A stretch of 64,000 nt of DNA. It comes from Mobula hypostoma (Eukaryota). Made by a program: the position numbers and the translations under genes. Positions 61,151-64,000 of the stretch are shown one piece after another; position 1 is the first letter of the stretch; every line of letters starts with the position of its first letter. Under the pieces are notes generated by a model. It searched no databases. It saw only the letters and a list, made by a program, of their open reading frames with translations, and was not told where the DNA came from. The DNA lies in assembly GCF_963921235.1 (NCBI RefSeq), contig NC_086100.1, forward strand, positions 74,152,001 through 74,216,000. Direction: 5' to 3'.

Positions 61151-63535
61151 TCTGGAGTACCTGGTGCTGCTGTGTAGACCTTTCTGGCTGCCTAGGAGTT
61201 CACAGCTGTGTATATTCCACCGCAGGCTGACACTGACCTGGCGCTCAAGGAACTGTACGAGACCATCAGCAAGCACCCTGGAGACTGCACAGCCGGAGTC
61301 TGCTTTCATCGCCGCCAGTGACTTTCATAGAGCGTCGCTGTCTAAAGTCTCTCTGAAGTTTTGCTAACACATCCATGTGGGCACACGGTGAGGTAGCATA
61401 CTCAACCACTGCTGTTCTGTCCCTTACAGAACGTTTACAAAGCGCTCCTCCACCCCCCATTTGGAAAATTAGATCACCCCTCCATCTTGCTGCTGCCAAA
61501 GTACAGGCAGAAGCTGAAACAAGAGGCAGCCATGGTTAAAACTATCCACTATTGATCCGACCAATCGGCCTCCATGCTACGAGACTGCTCTGAAGACGTC
61601 GACTGGAATGTCTTCCATGATGAGGATGTCTCTGAGTTGACGGATGGGGTCACGAGTTTCATCCAGAAGTGTTTCGAGGATGTTGTCCCCTAGAAATCTG
61701 TCAGGGTCTATCCAAACCAGAAACCCTGGATCAACAGTTCCATGCCAGCAACACTGACCACACGAGGCAGAGCATACGTTATCGGTAATCAACAGGAGCT
61801 CAAGAAATGCAGTTAAGATCTGTGAAAAGTCATCAAGGCAGTGAAACAACAATACAGGGACAAGATTCAGACACAACTCTCCACCAACAACACACGCAGT
61901 TTATGACAAGGTCTGCACACCATCACAGACTTCAAAGCTAAACGCAGTGGAGTTTCCAACACCGCTGCCTCTCACCCAGACGAGCTAAATCTTTTTTACG
62001 CTCGATTTGATGTTGCCAACACTGAGCCCCTGAAGAGAACTACAGGTGATGCGACCTGCAGCTTGGTCATCTCTGAGGCTGAAGTATGCAGTTGTTTCTA
62101 ACAAGTGGACAGTCGCAAGACTGCAGGACCTGATGGCATCCCAGGGTGAGTACTCAGAGTGTACACGGCACAACTGGCAGGTGTGTTTACAGACATTGTT
62201 CCGGTATGTATAGAGACCACGGTAACATGTCTGAACGACTGCCGTCCTGTTGAACTCAGCTCAATAATAAGCAAATGCTTTGAGAGGCTGGTCAAGGACT
62301 AAATCTGCAGCATGCTACCACCCACACTGGACCCCCTGCAATTCACCTACTGACACAACCGATCAACAGATGACGCAATAGCCACAGCTCTTCACACTGT
62401 CCTTACACATCTGGAGAAGAAGGATGCTTATGTGAAAATGCTGTTCTTGGACTACAGTTCAGCATTCAACACCATTATTCCCTCCAGGCTCGACAAGAAG
62501 CTCAAAGACCTTGGCCTTCACCCTGCCTTGTGTAGCTGGATCCTGGACTTCCTGTCAGTTCGCCCACAGGTGATAAGAGTGGGCTCCCTCATCTCTGCCC
62601 CTCAGACTCTCAACACAGGTGCCCCTCAGGGCTGTGTAGTAAGCCCCCTCATTTACTCTATGTATACCCATGACTGTGTTGCCACCCACAGATCCAATCT
62701 TCTAATTAAATTTGCTGACAACGCTACAATAATTGGCCTAATCTCAAATACTAATGAGGCAGCCCACAGAGAAGTCATCACCCTGACACAACGGTGTCAA
62801 GAAAACATCCTGTCCCTCAATATCGCAAAAACAAGGGAGCTGATTGTGGACTACAGGAGGAATGGAGACAGGTTAGCCCCTATTGACATTAATGGATCTG
62901 GGGTTGAGAGAGTTAACAGCTTTAAGTTCCTCGGCATAAACATCACCAAGGATCTAACATGGGCTGTACGTACCGGCTGTGTGGTGAAAAAAGCACAACA
63001 GCACTTCTTTCTCCTCAGAAGGAAGAAGTTTGGTATGGATCCCAAATCCTCAGAACTTTCTATGGGGGCACAATTGACAGCATCCTGAATGCTGTAGCAC
63101 TGCATGGTGTGGGAACTGTACTTTCCTCAATCATAGCACCCTGCAGAGAGTGGTGCAGACAGCCCAGTTGATGTAAACTTCCCACTAGTCAGGATATTTA
63201 CAAAGACAGGTGTATAAAAAGGGCCCGTAGGATCATTGGGGACCCAAGTCGTCCCAACCACAAACTGTTCCAGCTGCTACCATCTGGGAAACAGTACCGC
63301 AGCATAAAAGCCAGGACCAACAGGCTCCGGGACAGCTTCTTCCACCAGGCCATCAGACTGATTAATAAATGTTGACACAACTGTATTTCTATCTTATATT
63401 GATTATCCTGTTGTACATACAATTTATTATAAATTACTATAAATTGCACATTGCACATTTAGACGGAGACATAACGTAAAGATTTTTGCTCCTCATGTAT
63501 GTGAAGGTTGTAAGTAGTAAGATCAATTCAATTCA
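61151..63535 (+). mobile_element. Degenerate Rex1/Babar LINE (EN-RT-3' UTR)
   Basis: CRPFWLPR, PNQKPW, FLDYSSAFNTI, TGAPQGCVVSPL, IKFADN. Many stops, (aattc)n tail. Confidence 0.92.
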
Positions 63536-63579
63536 TCCTTTCCCCAAATTTCAATATCAGGACTTGGACTTGTATTGAA

Positions 63580-64000
63580 AACATAGAACATAGTACAGCA
63601 CAGTACAGGCCTTTTGACCCACAGTGTTGTCCCAAACTTTTAAACTACTCTAAAGTCAATCTAATACCTGCTTCCCACATAACCATCCATGTTTTTTCAT
63701 TCCTGTGCCTATTAAAGTATCCCATAAATGTCCCTAGTTTTTTTCCTCTACCATCATGCCTTGCAGTGTGCTACAACTCTCGTTCTCCTTTGCTCCAGAG
63801 AGAAAAGCTCTAGCTGGCTTAATCTATCCACATAAGACCTGATCCCTAATCCAGGTAGCATCCTGGTAAATCTCCTTTGCACACCTTCAACATCCTTCCT
63901 ATAAAAAGAAAATCAGAACTGAACACATTATTCAGTGTGGTCCAACCAAGTTTTATAGAGTTGCAACATTACCTCAAGGCTCCTGAACTCAATCCTCCGA
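63580..64000 (-). mobile_element. CR1 LINE 3' fragment (runs off the window)
   Basis: acatagaacatagtacagcacagtacaggcc (reverse complement of the CR1 tail) followed by decayed ORF2 C-terminus. Confidence 0.75.

Overview
Eukaryotic, repeat-saturated vertebrate DNA. The mix of CR1 LINEs, Rex1/Babar LINEs, HE1/V-type SINEs and Penelope elements points to a cartilaginous fish (inference). The only host gene I can support is a + strand V-C2-TM immunoglobulin-superfamily receptor of the CD2/SLAM/HEPACAM type, present twice about 50.9 kb apart. Copy 1 has leader, V, C2 and TM exons (6134-10299). Copy 2 has only leader and V exons inside the window (57044-58226). The copies sit in a segmental duplication (about 1512-8690 vs 53891-60178). 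Almost everything else recognisable is transposon: many CR1 and Rex1 LINE pieces, Tx1 and I/Nimb LINE remnants, two Gypsy proviral remnants, several solo LTRs, hAT and Tc1 DNA transposons, and SINEs. The most notable observations are: (1) an AcademX-type DNA transposon (46523-52710) with both TIRs, a 3-bp TSD, XPG-like nuclease and Cys-cluster motifs, and a reading frame that rejoins after removing two nested insertions; (2) a copy-1-specific inverted Penelope insertion with two hammerhead ribozyme cores 100 nt upstream of the leader exon; (3) mosaic divergence of the duplicated V exon; (4) no recognisable cytoplasmic signalling exon for the receptor. No prokaryotic features, rRNA, tRNA genes or CRISPR arrays were found. 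TE family names come from recognised motifs, not database searches, and internal TE boundaries are approximate.
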